DNA of 64,000 nt from an uncultured Pelagibacteraceae bacterium (lineage in GTDB: Bacteria > Pseudomonadota > Alphaproteobacteria > Pelagibacterales > Pelagibacteraceae): contig CACDFC010000001.1 in NCBI GenBank assembly GCA_902552035.1, positions 26,064 to 90,063 of the forward strand, given 5' to 3'. The notes beneath the pieces are model-generated. The model made no database searches. It saw nothing but the letters and a program-made list of their open reading frames with translations, and had not been told where the DNA came from. A program made the position numbers and the translations under genes. Below, piece after piece: positions 51,093 through 60,369 of this stretch. Position 1 is the stretch's first letter. Each line of letters starts with the position of its first letter.

Positions 51093-51827
51093 ATGTCTGA
51101 GTCAATCATCAAAATAGAAAATATGAACAAATGGTTTGGAGATTTTCAAGTTTTAAAAGATATTAATCTAGAAGTTGAAAGAAATAAGAAAATTGTAGTG
51201 TGTGGACCATCAGGCTCAGGTAAATCAACATTGATTAGATGCATAAATAGATTAGAAGAACACCAAAAAGGAAGTATAATAGTTGATGGCACCGAACTTA
51301 ATGAAGATACTAAGAATATAGAACATATTAGAGCAGAAGTAGGAATGGTATTTCAACAATTTAATCTATTTCCACATTTATCTATCCTTGATAACTGTAC
51401 TTTAGCTCCAATATGGGTAAAAAAACTACCAAAAAAAGAGGCTCAGGATTTAGCAATGAAACAACTTGAAAAAGTACAAATTGCTGATCAAGCACAAAAA
51501 TTTCCTGGACAATTATCAGGTGGTCAGCAACAAAGATGTGCAATTGCAAGGGCTTTATGCATGGAACCAAAAATTATGCTCTTTGATGAACCAACTTCCG
51601 CACTTGACCCAGAAATGATTAAAGAAGTTTTAGATGCAATGGTCAATTTAGCTAAAGGCGGAATGACAATGATAGTAGTGACCCATGAAATGGGTTTTGC
51701 AAAAGAGGTTGCTGATGAAGTTATATTTATGGATGAAGGCATGATTGTAGAAAAGGCACCTACCAAAGATTTCTTTGCCAACCCTAAAAGTGATAGAACT
51801 AAGCTATTTTTAAGCCAAATATTATAG
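51093..51827 (+). CDS. aapP: Amino-acid ABC transporter ATP-binding protein
   Basis: [28 protein letters not shown] and VTHEMGFA motifs. Confidence 0.95.
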   Translation: MSESIIKIENMNKWFGDFQVLKDINLEVERNKKIVVCGPSGSGKSTLIRCINRLEEHQKGSIIVDGTELNEDTKNIEHIRAEVGMVFQQFNLFPHLSILDNCTLAPIWVKKLPKKEAQDLAMKQLEKVQIADQAQKFPGQLSGGQQQRCAIARALCMEPKIMLFDEPTSALDPEMIKEVLDAMVNLAKGGMTMIVVTHEMGFAKEVADEVIFMDEGMIVEKAPTKDFFANPKSDRTKLFLSQIL

Positions 51828-51979
51828 AATTATTCTAAATTATAATTAAAAATATTAAAAATATTCATTGACAGGAAATTCAAACTTCAGGAAAATAAAA
51901 AAATTTTATATTTTTTTAGCTTGCAATAACATTTTAAAACAGCTTAACTTAGGAAAAATTCATTATAAGAGGGGTCTTA

Positions 51980-52351
51980 ATGGAAGATAACTTTAACAAG
52001 CACTTAGGCAACAAGCTTAAGTTAAGAAGACTAGCACTAGGTCTGACACAAACAAAAGTTGCAAAAGCAATTAACGTAACATTTCAACAAATTCAAAAAT
52101 ATGAAAAAGGAACAAACGGAGTAAGTTCAATAAGATTATTACAACTATCAAACTACCTGAAAGTTCCAATAAATTATTTTTTTGAAGATTTTTCAGAATA
52201 TTTAATAAATGTAGAAAAATCGAAAGAGGGACATCTAAGCGTAAATTATAATTTTTTAGTTAAATTATATTCTGAACTTACTCAAGATCAGAAAATTAAA
52301 TTTAATAAAAGTTTACAAGGTTCAAGTATTGGAATTGCTAAAGTAGTTTAA
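51980..52351 (+). CDS. XRE-family (HTH_3) transcriptional regulator
   Basis: LRRLALGLTQ...VTFQQIQKYEKGTN...VPINYFF signature; GAGGGG RBS. Confidence 0.92.
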   Translation: MEDNFNKHLGNKLKLRRLALGLTQTKVAKAINVTFQQIQKYEKGTNGVSSIRLLQLSNYLKVPINYFFEDFSEYLINVEKSKEGHLSVNYNFLVKLYSELTQDQKIKFNKSLQGSSIGIAKVV

Positions 52352-52355
52352 CTTT

Positions 52356-52431
52356 TGGCTCCTCGGGCAGGACTCGAACCTGCGACCAATTGATTAACAG
52401 TCAACTGCTCTACCAACTGAGCTACCGAGGA
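52356..52431 (-). tRNA. tRNA-Asn(GUU)
   Basis: TCCTCGG...GTTGA-CTGTTAA-TCAAT...GGTTCGAGTCC...CCGAGGAGCCA; 76 nt. Confidence 0.97.
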
Positions 52432-52481
52432 ATATAGAAAATCAACTTACTTTTTTTTAAATTTAACTCAACACTTTTTTT

Positions 52482-52555
52482 TGGAGGCAACGCCCGGAAT
52501 CGAACCGGGATACAAGGATTTGCAATCCTCTGCGTAACCATTCCGCCACGTTGCC
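52482..52555 (-). tRNA. tRNA-Cys(GCA)
   Basis: GGCAACG...GAGGA-TTGCAAA-TCCTT...GGTTCGATTCC...CGTTGCCTCCA; U discriminator; 74 nt. Confidence 0.97.
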
Positions 52556-52680
52556 GTTAAATGGATAATAAATCAATTTAATTAAAGTTTATATAAATGA
52601 TTTTTGCGATTAGTCTATTTATTTTCACAAAAATTGGTGATTGTTTATTCAAATGATTAATTTATAAACTAAAAGTACAT

Positions 52681-55308
52681 ATGATTTCTAATAAATATAA
52701 TCATTCTGAAGTAGAAAATCGTATATATTCATATTGGGAAAAAAATCATCTTTTTAAACCTAGAAAAAATAAGAAAAAATTTTCAATTGTAATACCACCT
52801 CCAAACGTTACTGGAAGTTTACATATGGGTCATGCACTTAATAACTCCATTCAGGATTTATTAACCAGATATCATAGGATGAACAACTATGAAACTTTGT
52901 GGCAACCAGGAACTGACCATGCTGGAATAGCAACTCAAGCTTTAGTAGAAAAAAAACTTGAGAAAGATGGATTGAAAAAAAACGATTTAGGTAGAGAAAA
53001 ATTCATAGAAAAAGTATGGGAGTGGAAAAACCAATACGGGGACATTATTATTAATCAGCTTAAAAAACTGGGTTGTTCATGTGATTGGTCAAGAAATGCT
53101 TTTACAATGGATCAGAATCTATCTGACTCGGTGATCAAGGTATTCGTAGATCTTTATAATAAAAAATTAATATATAAGTCTAAAAAATTGGTAAATTGGG
53201 ACACTGTATTAAAAACAGCAATTTCAGATTTAGAGGTAGATTTAAGGGAAGTAAATTCAAAACTTTATTACATAAATTATCCAATTGAAGGATCTAACGA
53301 AAATATAACTATAGCAACTACAAGACCCGAGACAATGCTTGGTGATACTGCTGTTGCTGTGAACCCAAAGGACCAAAGATATAAAAAATTAGTTGGTTTA
53401 AATATTATACTCCCACTGGTTGAAAGAAAGATTAAAATCATATCAGATGAATATGCAGATCCAGAGCAAGGAACAGGCGCTGTTAAAATAACACCAGCTC
53501 ACGATTTTAATGATTATGAAGTAGGGGTCAGAAATAAACTTGAAATCTTAAATATATTTACTGATGATGGAAAAATAAATGAAAATGCTCCGAAAGAATT
53601 TATTGGTTTAGATCGGTTTGAGGCAAGAAAAATAATATTAAAAAAATTAGTTGAAAAAGGTTTTTTTGTTAAAGAGGAAAATATTAAAAATAAAGTTCCT
53701 TATGGTGATAGATCAAACTCTATTATTGAACCTTATTTGACAGAGCAATGGTTTGCAGATGCAAAAAAACTTTCTGTAAAAGCAAAAAAAATTGTAAAAT
53801 CGAAGAAGACAAAATTTTATCCTGGTAATTGGTCTAAAACATATTTTCAATGGATGAATAATATTGAACCATGGTGTATTTCAAGACAACTATGGTGGGG
53901 TCATCAAATACCAGCATGGTACGGACCAGGTAAAAAAATTTTTGTTGCAAAAACTGAAAAAGAAGCAAAACAACTTGCAAAAAAATATTATAAAAAAGAT
54001 ATTAAATTAAATAGAGATCCAGATGTTTTAGACACATGGTTTTCATCAGGCCTTTGGGCATTTGCAACATTAGGATGGCCTACTAAAAATGAATTTGTCA
54101 AAAAATTTTATCCCACATCTGTATTAGTAACAGGCTTTGATATTATATTTTTCTGGGTTGCTCGTATGATTATGTTTGGTATGGAATTTCTAAATAAAGA
54201 ACCTTTTAAAGATATTTATGTTCATGCTCTTGTTAGAGATGAAAAAGGACAAAAAATGTCTAAGTCTAAAGGTAATGTTATTGATCCTTTAGAGCTTATA
54301 GAGAAATACAGTGCTGATGCTTTAAGGTTTACATTGCTTTCAATGGCTTCCCCAGGAAGAGATGTTAAATTGTCTGAGGATAGAGTTAAAGGTTATAGAA
54401 ATTTTTTAAACAAACTATGGAATGCTAATAACTTTTTAATTCAAAATAAGTGTTCCTTTAAAAACATTCAAAAAAAACCAAAAATTTCAATTAATATCAA
54501 TAAGTGGATATATGCAGAGTTATTAGAAACTAAAAAAAATGTTGAAAAAAATATTAAAGATTACCGTTTTGACGAGGCAGCAAGAAATTCTTACCAATTT
54601 GTATGGCATTCTTATTGCGATTGGTACTTAGAGCTTACCAAGACCATTCTTTATTCCAATGATAAAAAGTCTATTAAAGAAATAAGAGAGGTATCTAGCT
54701 ATATATTTAAGGAAATCCTAATATTAATGCATCCTTTTATACCATTTGTAACTGAAGAGATTTGGTTAAAAAATAAGTTAGATAATTCCAAAAAAAATTA
54801 TCTTATGTTGGCAAATTGGGCATCTGGTAGCTCAAAAAAAGATCAGGATTTTAAAGAAGTTGAAAAAATAATTAATATAATTTCTCAAATAAGATCATTT
54901 AAAAATGAGCTAAACGTAAGTCCAGGTTCATTTGTTGATATTTCTTTAAGCAAGATTAGCACAAACAACAAAGCCTTCTTTAAACATAACAATATAGTTC
55001 TTAAAAAATTGGGCAGAATTAATAATTTTTTTGATAATGATAAAGAAAAACCTTCGGCTACAATGGTGATTTCTGGAGATATATTTAAAGTTTATTTTGA
55101 AGAAAATGTAGATTTGGGCGCAATAAAAGAAAACTTATTAAATAAACAAAAAAAATGCCAAAATGAAATAGATAAGATCAATTCTCGGCTTAATAACAAA
55201 GATTTCATAGCAAGAGCACCAAAACATATTGTTGATCAGGAAAAAACTAACTATAATAATTTGAAAAACGATATTAAAAAAATATCATTAACAGTAAAAA
55301 GTTTATAA
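52681..55308 (+). CDS. valS: Valine--tRNA ligase
   Basis: [37 protein letters not shown] and C-terminal coiled coil. Confidence 0.98.
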   Translation: MISNKYNHSEVENRIYSYWEKNHLFKPRKNKKKFSIVIPPPNVTGSLHMGHALNNSIQDLLTRYHRMNNYETLWQPGTDHAGIATQALVEKKLEKDGLKKNDLGREKFIEKVWEWKNQYGDIIINQLKKLGCSCDWSRNAFTMDQNLSDSVIKVFVDLYNKKLIYKSKKLVNWDTVLKTAISDLEVDLREVNSKLYYINYPIEGSNENITIATTRPETMLGDTAVAVNPKDQRYKKLVGLNIILPLVERKIKIISDEYADPEQGTGAVKITPAHDFNDYEVGVRNKLEILNIFTDDGKINENAPKEFIGLDRFEARKIILKKLVEKGFFVKEENIKNKVPYGDRSNSIIEPYLTEQWFADAKKLSVKAKKIVKSKKTKFYPGNWSKTYFQWMNNIEPWCISRQLWWGHQIPAWYGPGKKIFVAKTEKEAKQLAKKYYKKDIKLNRDPDVLDTWFSSGLWAFATLGWPTKNEFVKKFYPTSVLVTGFDIIFFWVARMIMFGMEFLNKEPFKDIYVHALVRDEKGQKMSKSKGNVIDPLELIEKYSADALRFTLLSMASPGRDVKLSEDRVKGYRNFLNKLWNANNFLIQNKCSFKNIQKKPKISININKWIYAELLETKKNVEKNIKDYRFDEAARNSYQFVWHSYCDWYLELTKTILYSNDKKSIKEIREVSSYIFKEILILMHPFIPFVTEEIWLKNKLDNSKKNYLMLANWASGSSKKDQDFKEVEKIINIISQIRSFKNELNVSPGSFVDISLSKISTNNKAFFKHNNIVLKKLGRINNFFDNDKEKPSATMVISGDIFKVYFEENVDLGAIKENLLNKQKKCQNEIDKINSRLNNKDFIARAPKHIVDQEKTNYNNLKNDIKKISLTVKSL

Positions 55309-57026
55309 TGACAAAGTTTAACAAAAAGAAATTACCAAGTAGACATACATCTTTAGGTCCAGATAAAGCGCCACAAAGATCGTTTTATTACGCAATGAAT
55401 TTAACCGAAAAAGATGTTGCTAAGCCATTTGTCGGAGTAGTTTCAACTTGGAATGAGGCGGCACCTTGTAATATAGCATTAATGAGACAAGCACAATCAG
55501 TTAAAAAAGGTGTTAGTCTTTCAGGTGGTACACCAAGGGAGTTTTGTACAATTACGGTTACTGACGGTATTGCTATGGGTCATGAAGGAATGAAATCTTC
55601 ACTTATCTCAAGGGATGTAATTGCAGATTCAACTGAACTAACAGTAAGAGGGCATTGTTACGATGCTCTAGTTGGAGTTGCAGGTTGTGATAAATCTTTA
55701 CCAGGATTAATGATGGCAATGGTTCGATTAAATGTTCCAAGTGTTTTTATATATGGTGGCTCAATTCTTCCAGGTAGATTTAATGGAAAAGATGTAACTG
55801 TAGTAGATGTATTTGAAGGAGTTGGAAAATATTCTTCAGGAAAAATGACTAAACACGCATTAAGAAAATTAGAATTAATAGCATGTCCAAGCGCTGGAGC
55901 TTGTGGTGGACAATTTACAGCTAATACAATGGCGTGTGTTTCTGAAGCAATTGGTTTAGCTTTACCTTATTCAGCTGGTACTCCTGCACCATACGAGCAG
56001 AGAGACAAATATGCATTACAAAGCGGTAAGGCAGTAATGAATTTATTAAAAAGAAATATCAGACCAAGACAAATTGTAACTCGAAAATCATTAGAAAATG
56101 CAGCTACGATTGTTGCTGCAACAGGTGGATCAACTAATGCAGCTTTACATTTACCAGCATTAGCAAATGAGATTGGAATTAAATTTGATTTAATGGATGT
56201 TGCAAAAATATTTAAAAAAACACCTTATCTTGCAGATTTAAAACCAGGTGGAAAATATGTTGCAAAAGATATGTGGCAAGCAGGCGGTGTTCCAATGTTA
56301 CTTAAGACACTTATGGATGGTGGTTATATTCATGGAGATTGTATGACAGTTACTGGAAAAACTATGAGACAAAATTTAAAAAATGTTAAATTTAATCTAA
56401 AACAAAAAGTGATGCGTAAATATAATAATCCTTTATCACCAGATGGAGGAGTAGTAGGTCTTAAAGGTAATTTAGCCCCTGAAGGTGCAATTGTAAAAGT
56501 AGCTGGGTTAAAAAAATTACAGTTTACTGGAAGAGCAAGATGTTTTGATACAGAAGAGGCTGCATATAAAGCTGTTAAAAATAGAAAATATAAAGATGGT
56601 GATATAATAATTATTAGATACGAAGGACCAAAAGGTGGACCTGGCATGAGAGAAATGCTTCAAACCACAGGAGCGATTTACGGTCAAGGCAAAGGTGAGA
56701 AAGTAGCTTTAATAACAGATGGAAGGTTTTCAGGAGCCACAAGAGGCTTTTGTATTGGGCATGTTGGACCGGAAGCATCTGTAGGGGGACCAATAGCATT
56801 ACTTAGAAATGGAGATATAATTGATTTAGATGCAAAAAAAGGAATTATTAACGTTCGTTTATCAAAGAAAGAATTAGCTAAAAGAAGAAAAAAATGGAAA
56901 CCAAAGAAAATAAACTTTGGTAATGGCACACTTTGGAAATATGCGCAAACAGTAGGGCCAGCTTATTTAGGTGCACCTACACATCCTGGTGGTAAAAACG
57001 AAGTAAAAGTATACGCTGATATTTAA
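55308..57026 (+). CDS. ilvD: Dihydroxy-acid dehydratase
   Basis: [25 protein letters not shown] and ITDGRFSG motifs. Confidence 0.96.
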   Translation: MTKFNKKKLPSRHTSLGPDKAPQRSFYYAMNLTEKDVAKPFVGVVSTWNEAAPCNIALMRQAQSVKKGVSLSGGTPREFCTITVTDGIAMGHEGMKSSLISRDVIADSTELTVRGHCYDALVGVAGCDKSLPGLMMAMVRLNVPSVFIYGGSILPGRFNGKDVTVVDVFEGVGKYSSGKMTKHALRKLELIACPSAGACGGQFTANTMACVSEAIGLALPYSAGTPAPYEQRDKYALQSGKAVMNLLKRNIRPRQIVTRKSLENAATIVAATGGSTNAALHLPALANEIGIKFDLMDVAKIFKKTPYLADLKPGGKYVAKDMWQAGGVPMLLKTLMDGGYIHGDCMTVTGKTMRQNLKNVKFNLKQKVMRKYNNPLSPDGGVVGLKGNLAPEGAIVKVAGLKKLQFTGRARCFDTEEAAYKAVKNRKYKDGDIIIIRYEGPKGGPGMREMLQTTGAIYGQGKGEKVALITDGRFSGATRGFCIGHVGPEASVGGPIALLRNGDIIDLDAKKGIINVRLSKKELAKRRKKWKPKKINFGNGTLWKYAQTVGPAYLGAPTHPGGKNEVKVYADI

Positions 57027-58231
57027 TGAAAATAAGACCAGTTATTCTTTGCGGCGGAGCTGGAACAAGACTTTGGCCAAAGCAAAAAAAACATCAAGCA
57101 AAGCAATTTATTGATTTTGGAGGATGGTCTTTAATTCAAAAAACATTAGAAAGAATTAAAAAACCTGTTTTTGATTACCCTATAATAAGTACTAATTTAA
57201 AATATTTAAAAGATGTCAGAAAGTCTTTAAAAAAAAATAAAGTTAAAAAGTATAAAATAGTTCTAGAACCAGCAAAGAAAAATACTGCTCCAGCTATATT
57301 GTCCTCAGCTTTAATCAAAGACATACCTTTAAAACAACCTTTAATGTACTTTGCTGCAGATCATTTAATTGAAAAATCTCATATTTTAAATAGATCCATT
57401 CATAAAAATAAGTCTAATTTAGACGATCAAAATATATTCATATTTGGTATTAAACCTACAAACCCATCAAGTGAATATGGTTATTTTTTAACTAAAAAAA
57501 TTAAAAAAAATATTAATAAAGTTACAAAGTTTATTGAAAAACCAAAAACCTCTAAAGCTAAACAAGTTATTAAAAATAAAGGTTATTGGAACTCTGGAAT
57601 GTTTTATTTAAGAAAAGACTCTATAATTAATAACTTTAAAAAATATCAAAATAAAACTTATAAAAGTTGTTTAGAGGCAATTAATAAAGCCAAATATAGA
57701 AACAATACTTACTACTTAAATAAAAAAGCATTTTCTAAATCAGTAGAAAAATCGTTTGATTATGCAATTTTAGAGAAAACAAAGAAAATTAATGCTATTA
57801 AATTAGATATACCTTGGTCTGATCTTGGAAGCTGGAGAGAAATATCTAAAATTTATAAAAGAGATAAAGCAAAATATTTTAAAAAAAAGAATGTTTATTA
57901 TAGACCGTGGGGTAGGTATGTTAACTTATTTGAGGGAAAAAACTTTCTTGTTAAAGAACTTACTGTAAATTCTAAATCATCTATTAGTTTGCAAAAACAT
58001 CATCATAGATCTGAACACTGGATGATTACACATGGTAAACCTAAAATTACTATTAATAAGCAAAGGTTTTATAAAAAGCCTGAGGAGTCTGTTTTTATAC
58101 CCACAGGCGCTATACATAGAATTGAAAATCATTTTAAAAAACCTGTTAAAATTATTGAAGTTCAAACTGGTCCAATACTTAAAGAAACTGATATAGTAAG
58201 ATTTCAAGATATTTATGGGAGAATAAAGTAA
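57026..58231 (+). CDS. manC: Mannose-1-phosphate guanylyltransferase/mannose-6-phosphate isomerase (shortened)
   Basis: ILCGGAGTRLWP, EPAKKNTAPA, WNSGMF, WSDLGSW; C-terminal cupin RPWG, SLQKHHHRSEHW. Confidence 0.92.
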   Translation: MKIRPVILCGGAGTRLWPKQKKHQAKQFIDFGGWSLIQKTLERIKKPVFDYPIISTNLKYLKDVRKSLKKNKVKKYKIVLEPAKKNTAPAILSSALIKDIPLKQPLMYFAADHLIEKSHILNRSIHKNKSNLDDQNIFIFGIKPTNPSSEYGYFLTKKIKKNINKVTKFIEKPKTSKAKQVIKNKGYWNSGMFYLRKDSIINNFKKYQNKTYKSCLEAINKAKYRNNTYYLNKKAFSKSVEKSFDYAILEKTKKINAIKLDIPWSDLGSWREISKIYKRDKAKYFKKKNVYYRPWGRYVNLFEGKNFLVKELTVNSKSSISLQKHHHRSEHWMITHGKPKITINKQRFYKKPEESVFIPTGAIHRIENHFKKPVKIIEVQTGPILKETDIVRFQDIYGRIK

Positions 58232-58234
58232 ACA

Positions 58235-58570
58235 ATGAATATTACATCAGGTTATATTTTTCTATTTTTAGCAATAATACTTGGAATTTGTGCAAATGGA
58301 TTCTTAAAAACTACCAATGGTTTTACTAATATATTTCCTACTATTTTTTGTGTTACATCAATTGTCCTTTGTTTATTTTGCTTATCAAAAGCAATGGATA
58401 TAATTCCAGTAGGTTTTACTTATGCAACATATGGAGGATTAACTATTACTGCAGTAACAATTTTTGGAATTATAAAATATAATCAATTGCCTAATATTTA
58501 TGGAACTATAGGTATAATTTTAATCATTGTTGGTGTGATATTAGTAAATTATTTAGGAAGCGTAAAATAA
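58235..58570 (+). CDS. SMR/DMT-family small membrane protein (atypical, no Glu14)
   Basis: 111 aa, four TM segments; K..NGF...P, IPVGFTYATYGG and GIILIIVGV align by eye to EmrE. Confidence 0.85.
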   Translation: MNITSGYIFLFLAIILGICANGFLKTTNGFTNIFPTIFCVTSIVLCLFCLSKAMDIIPVGFTYATYGGLTITAVTIFGIIKYNQLPNIYGTIGIILIIVGVILVNYLGSVK

Positions 58571-59455
58571 CTATTTTACAAGAAAATTCATTTTTTTATT
58601 TGACTGATTTAAATGAATTTTTTTATATGAACCAAAATTATCTCCATCAATTTGAACAGGTATTAAATCATTTCCTTCAATAGTGATATTTTTAGAAAAA
58701 GTAGTAATAACATTTTTGTTTTTACTTAAGTCGCCATTAAGGATAATTAAAAATATGGAATATAATAAATTGATCCTAGTTAAATCCTTAAATATATAGG
58801 TAACTAATTTATCTTCAAAAATATTTGTTTTATTTATTTTATGATGCCCAGCGTAATATTTGGTATTTGAGGATAATATCCAGTCTGCTTGATAAAATTG
58901 TCCGTCAAAAGTAACCTTTAATTTTTTATTATTCATAAATAAGAAATATTGAAAACCCTTGATACCAAATATAATTTTACCAAGAATCTTTTTAATTTTT
59001 GAATTAATTGAATGAACAATTTTTGCATCCCATCCTATACCAGCCATTAAAAAGAAATATCTTTCGTTAATTTTTACAAGATTAGAGGATTTATAATTAT
59101 TAGAAACTAATACATTAACTATATCATCAACTTTTCTATTCATTGATAATTCAGCTTGAAGTAAATTTGCTGTACCAGCGGGTATATAACCTATGGCAAA
59201 GTCGTCTTTAAAGTTAAAATCATTTTTAATTAGTTCATTAATTGCAAAAGATACCGATCCATCACCACCAGCTATTATTAGTCGATCGTATTTTTTTTGA
59301 TTAAAATTTCTAAAAATTTCTTTAGCTTGATTTGTTGTTTTTGTCTCAAAGTAGTCTACAGAATTATTTTCTTTTAACTTAGATAAAACTCTATTTATGA
59401 ATTGTGATTTTCTTCCTGAAGAAGAGTTTAGATTATAAATTAAACAATATAACAT
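58571..59455 (-). CDS. Diacylglycerol/lipid kinase family protein (YegS/DgkB-like)
   Basis: YNLNSSSG, AGGDGS, PAGTAN, AGIGWDA and QIDGD motifs. Confidence 0.9.
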   Translation of the reverse strand: MLYCLIYNLNSSSGRKSQFINRVLSKLKENNSVDYFETKTTNQAKEIFRNFNQKKYDRLIIAGGDGSVSFAINELIKNDFNFKDDFAIGYIPAGTANLLQAELSMNRKVDDIVNVLVSNNYKSSNLVKINERYFFLMAGIGWDAKIVHSINSKIKKILGKIIFGIKGFQYFLFMNNKKLKVTFDGQFYQADWILSSNTKYYAGHHKINKTNIFEDKLVTYIFKDLTRINLLYSIFLIILNGDLSKNKNVITTFSKNITIEGNDLIPVQIDGDNFGSYKKIHLNQSNKKMNFLVK

Positions 59456-59462
59456 AATTATT

Positions 59463-59491
59463 CTTTAAAAAATTTTTAACAAATTTGTAAC
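59463..59491 (+). promoter_or_regulatory. Putative Pho box oriented toward plcP-agt
   Basis: Half-sites in 11-bp phase: CTTTAAA-aaat-TTTTAAC-aaat-TTGTAAC. Confidence 0.68.
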
Positions 59492-59522
59492 ATTTGAATG
59501 AAATAAGAATTACATGATTCGT

Positions 59523-59540
59523 GTTACAGTTGTGTTAAAA
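59523..59540 (-). promoter_or_regulatory. Putative Pho box oriented toward the lipid kinase gene
   Basis: Minus strand reads TTTTAAC-acaa-CTGTAAC. Confidence 0.68.
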
Positions 59541-59553
59541 AAAAGATTTTTAA

Positions 59554-60366
59554 ATGCCTAATATATTAAAATATAAGAGTATATTTATTTCTGATTTGCA
59601 TTTAGGTACCAAAGGTTGTCAGGCGAATAAAATTTTAGAGTTTTTTAAAAACTCAAGATCCGAAAATCTTTATCTTGTAGGGGACATTATAGATATCTGG
59701 GAAATGCAAAAAAGTTTTTTTTGGCCTCAAGAACATAATGACGTAATCCAAAAAATTTTAAGAAAAGCAAGACATGGGACTAAAGTGTTCTACATAATGG
59801 GTAATCATGACGAGATGCTAAGGAAATTTATTCCAATGCATTTTGGTGACATTCATATGGTTAATAGAGTAATTCATGAAACAAATGCTGGAAAAAAATA
59901 TGTTGTTGTCCATGGTGATGCTTGGGACGGAGTAATGAAACATGCTAAATGGTTATCTAAACTTGGATCAATAGCATATAATTTATTGTTACAATTTAAT
60001 GTAATAATTAACTTTTTTAGAAGGTTGAGAGGAAAAGAATATTGGTCTCTTGCAAAATTTTTAAAGTATAAAGTCAAAAACGCAGTCAAATATATTGGTG
60101 AATATGAAAAAACAGTCTCAGATTATGCAAAAAGAAAAAAATTTGATGGAATTATTTGTGGCCACATCCATCATGCCGAGGATAGAGATTTTAATGGAGT
60201 CAATTATTTAAATTGTGGAGACTGGGTTGAATCTTGCACTGCATTAGCCGAAAATTATGATGGTAGTTTTGAAATATTATATTGGGACAAAATAAGAGAA
60301 CAATATTTAGATAATAAAGAAATAATTAAACCAATCACAACTGAAGACTTAAAAAAAGCTTCATAG
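59554..60366 (+). CDS. plcP: PlcP-type phospholipase C (LpxH-like metallophosphoesterase) for P-starvation lipid remodelling
   Basis: SDLHLG, LVGDIID, GNHD, VHGD, CGHIH and NCGDWVESCTA motifs; next to a GT4 gene, a lipid kinase and phoR; lpxI already covers the lipid A step. Confidence 0.88.
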   Translation: MPNILKYKSIFISDLHLGTKGCQANKILEFFKNSRSENLYLVGDIIDIWEMQKSFFWPQEHNDVIQKILRKARHGTKVFYIMGNHDEMLRKFIPMHFGDIHMVNRVIHETNAGKKYVVVHGDAWDGVMKHAKWLSKLGSIAYNLLLQFNVIINFFRRLRGKEYWSLAKFLKYKVKNAVKYIGEYEKTVSDYAKRKKFDGIICGHIHHAEDRDFNGVNYLNCGDWVESCTALAENYDGSFEILYWDKIREQYLDNKEIIKPITTEDLKKAS

Positions 60367-60369
60367 TTA

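Noticed and set aside
59554-60366. Annotation as LpxH (lipid A pathway)
   Set aside because: lpxI is already in the lpx operon, and the neighbours (GT4, lipid kinase, Pho boxes, phoR) fit PlcP.
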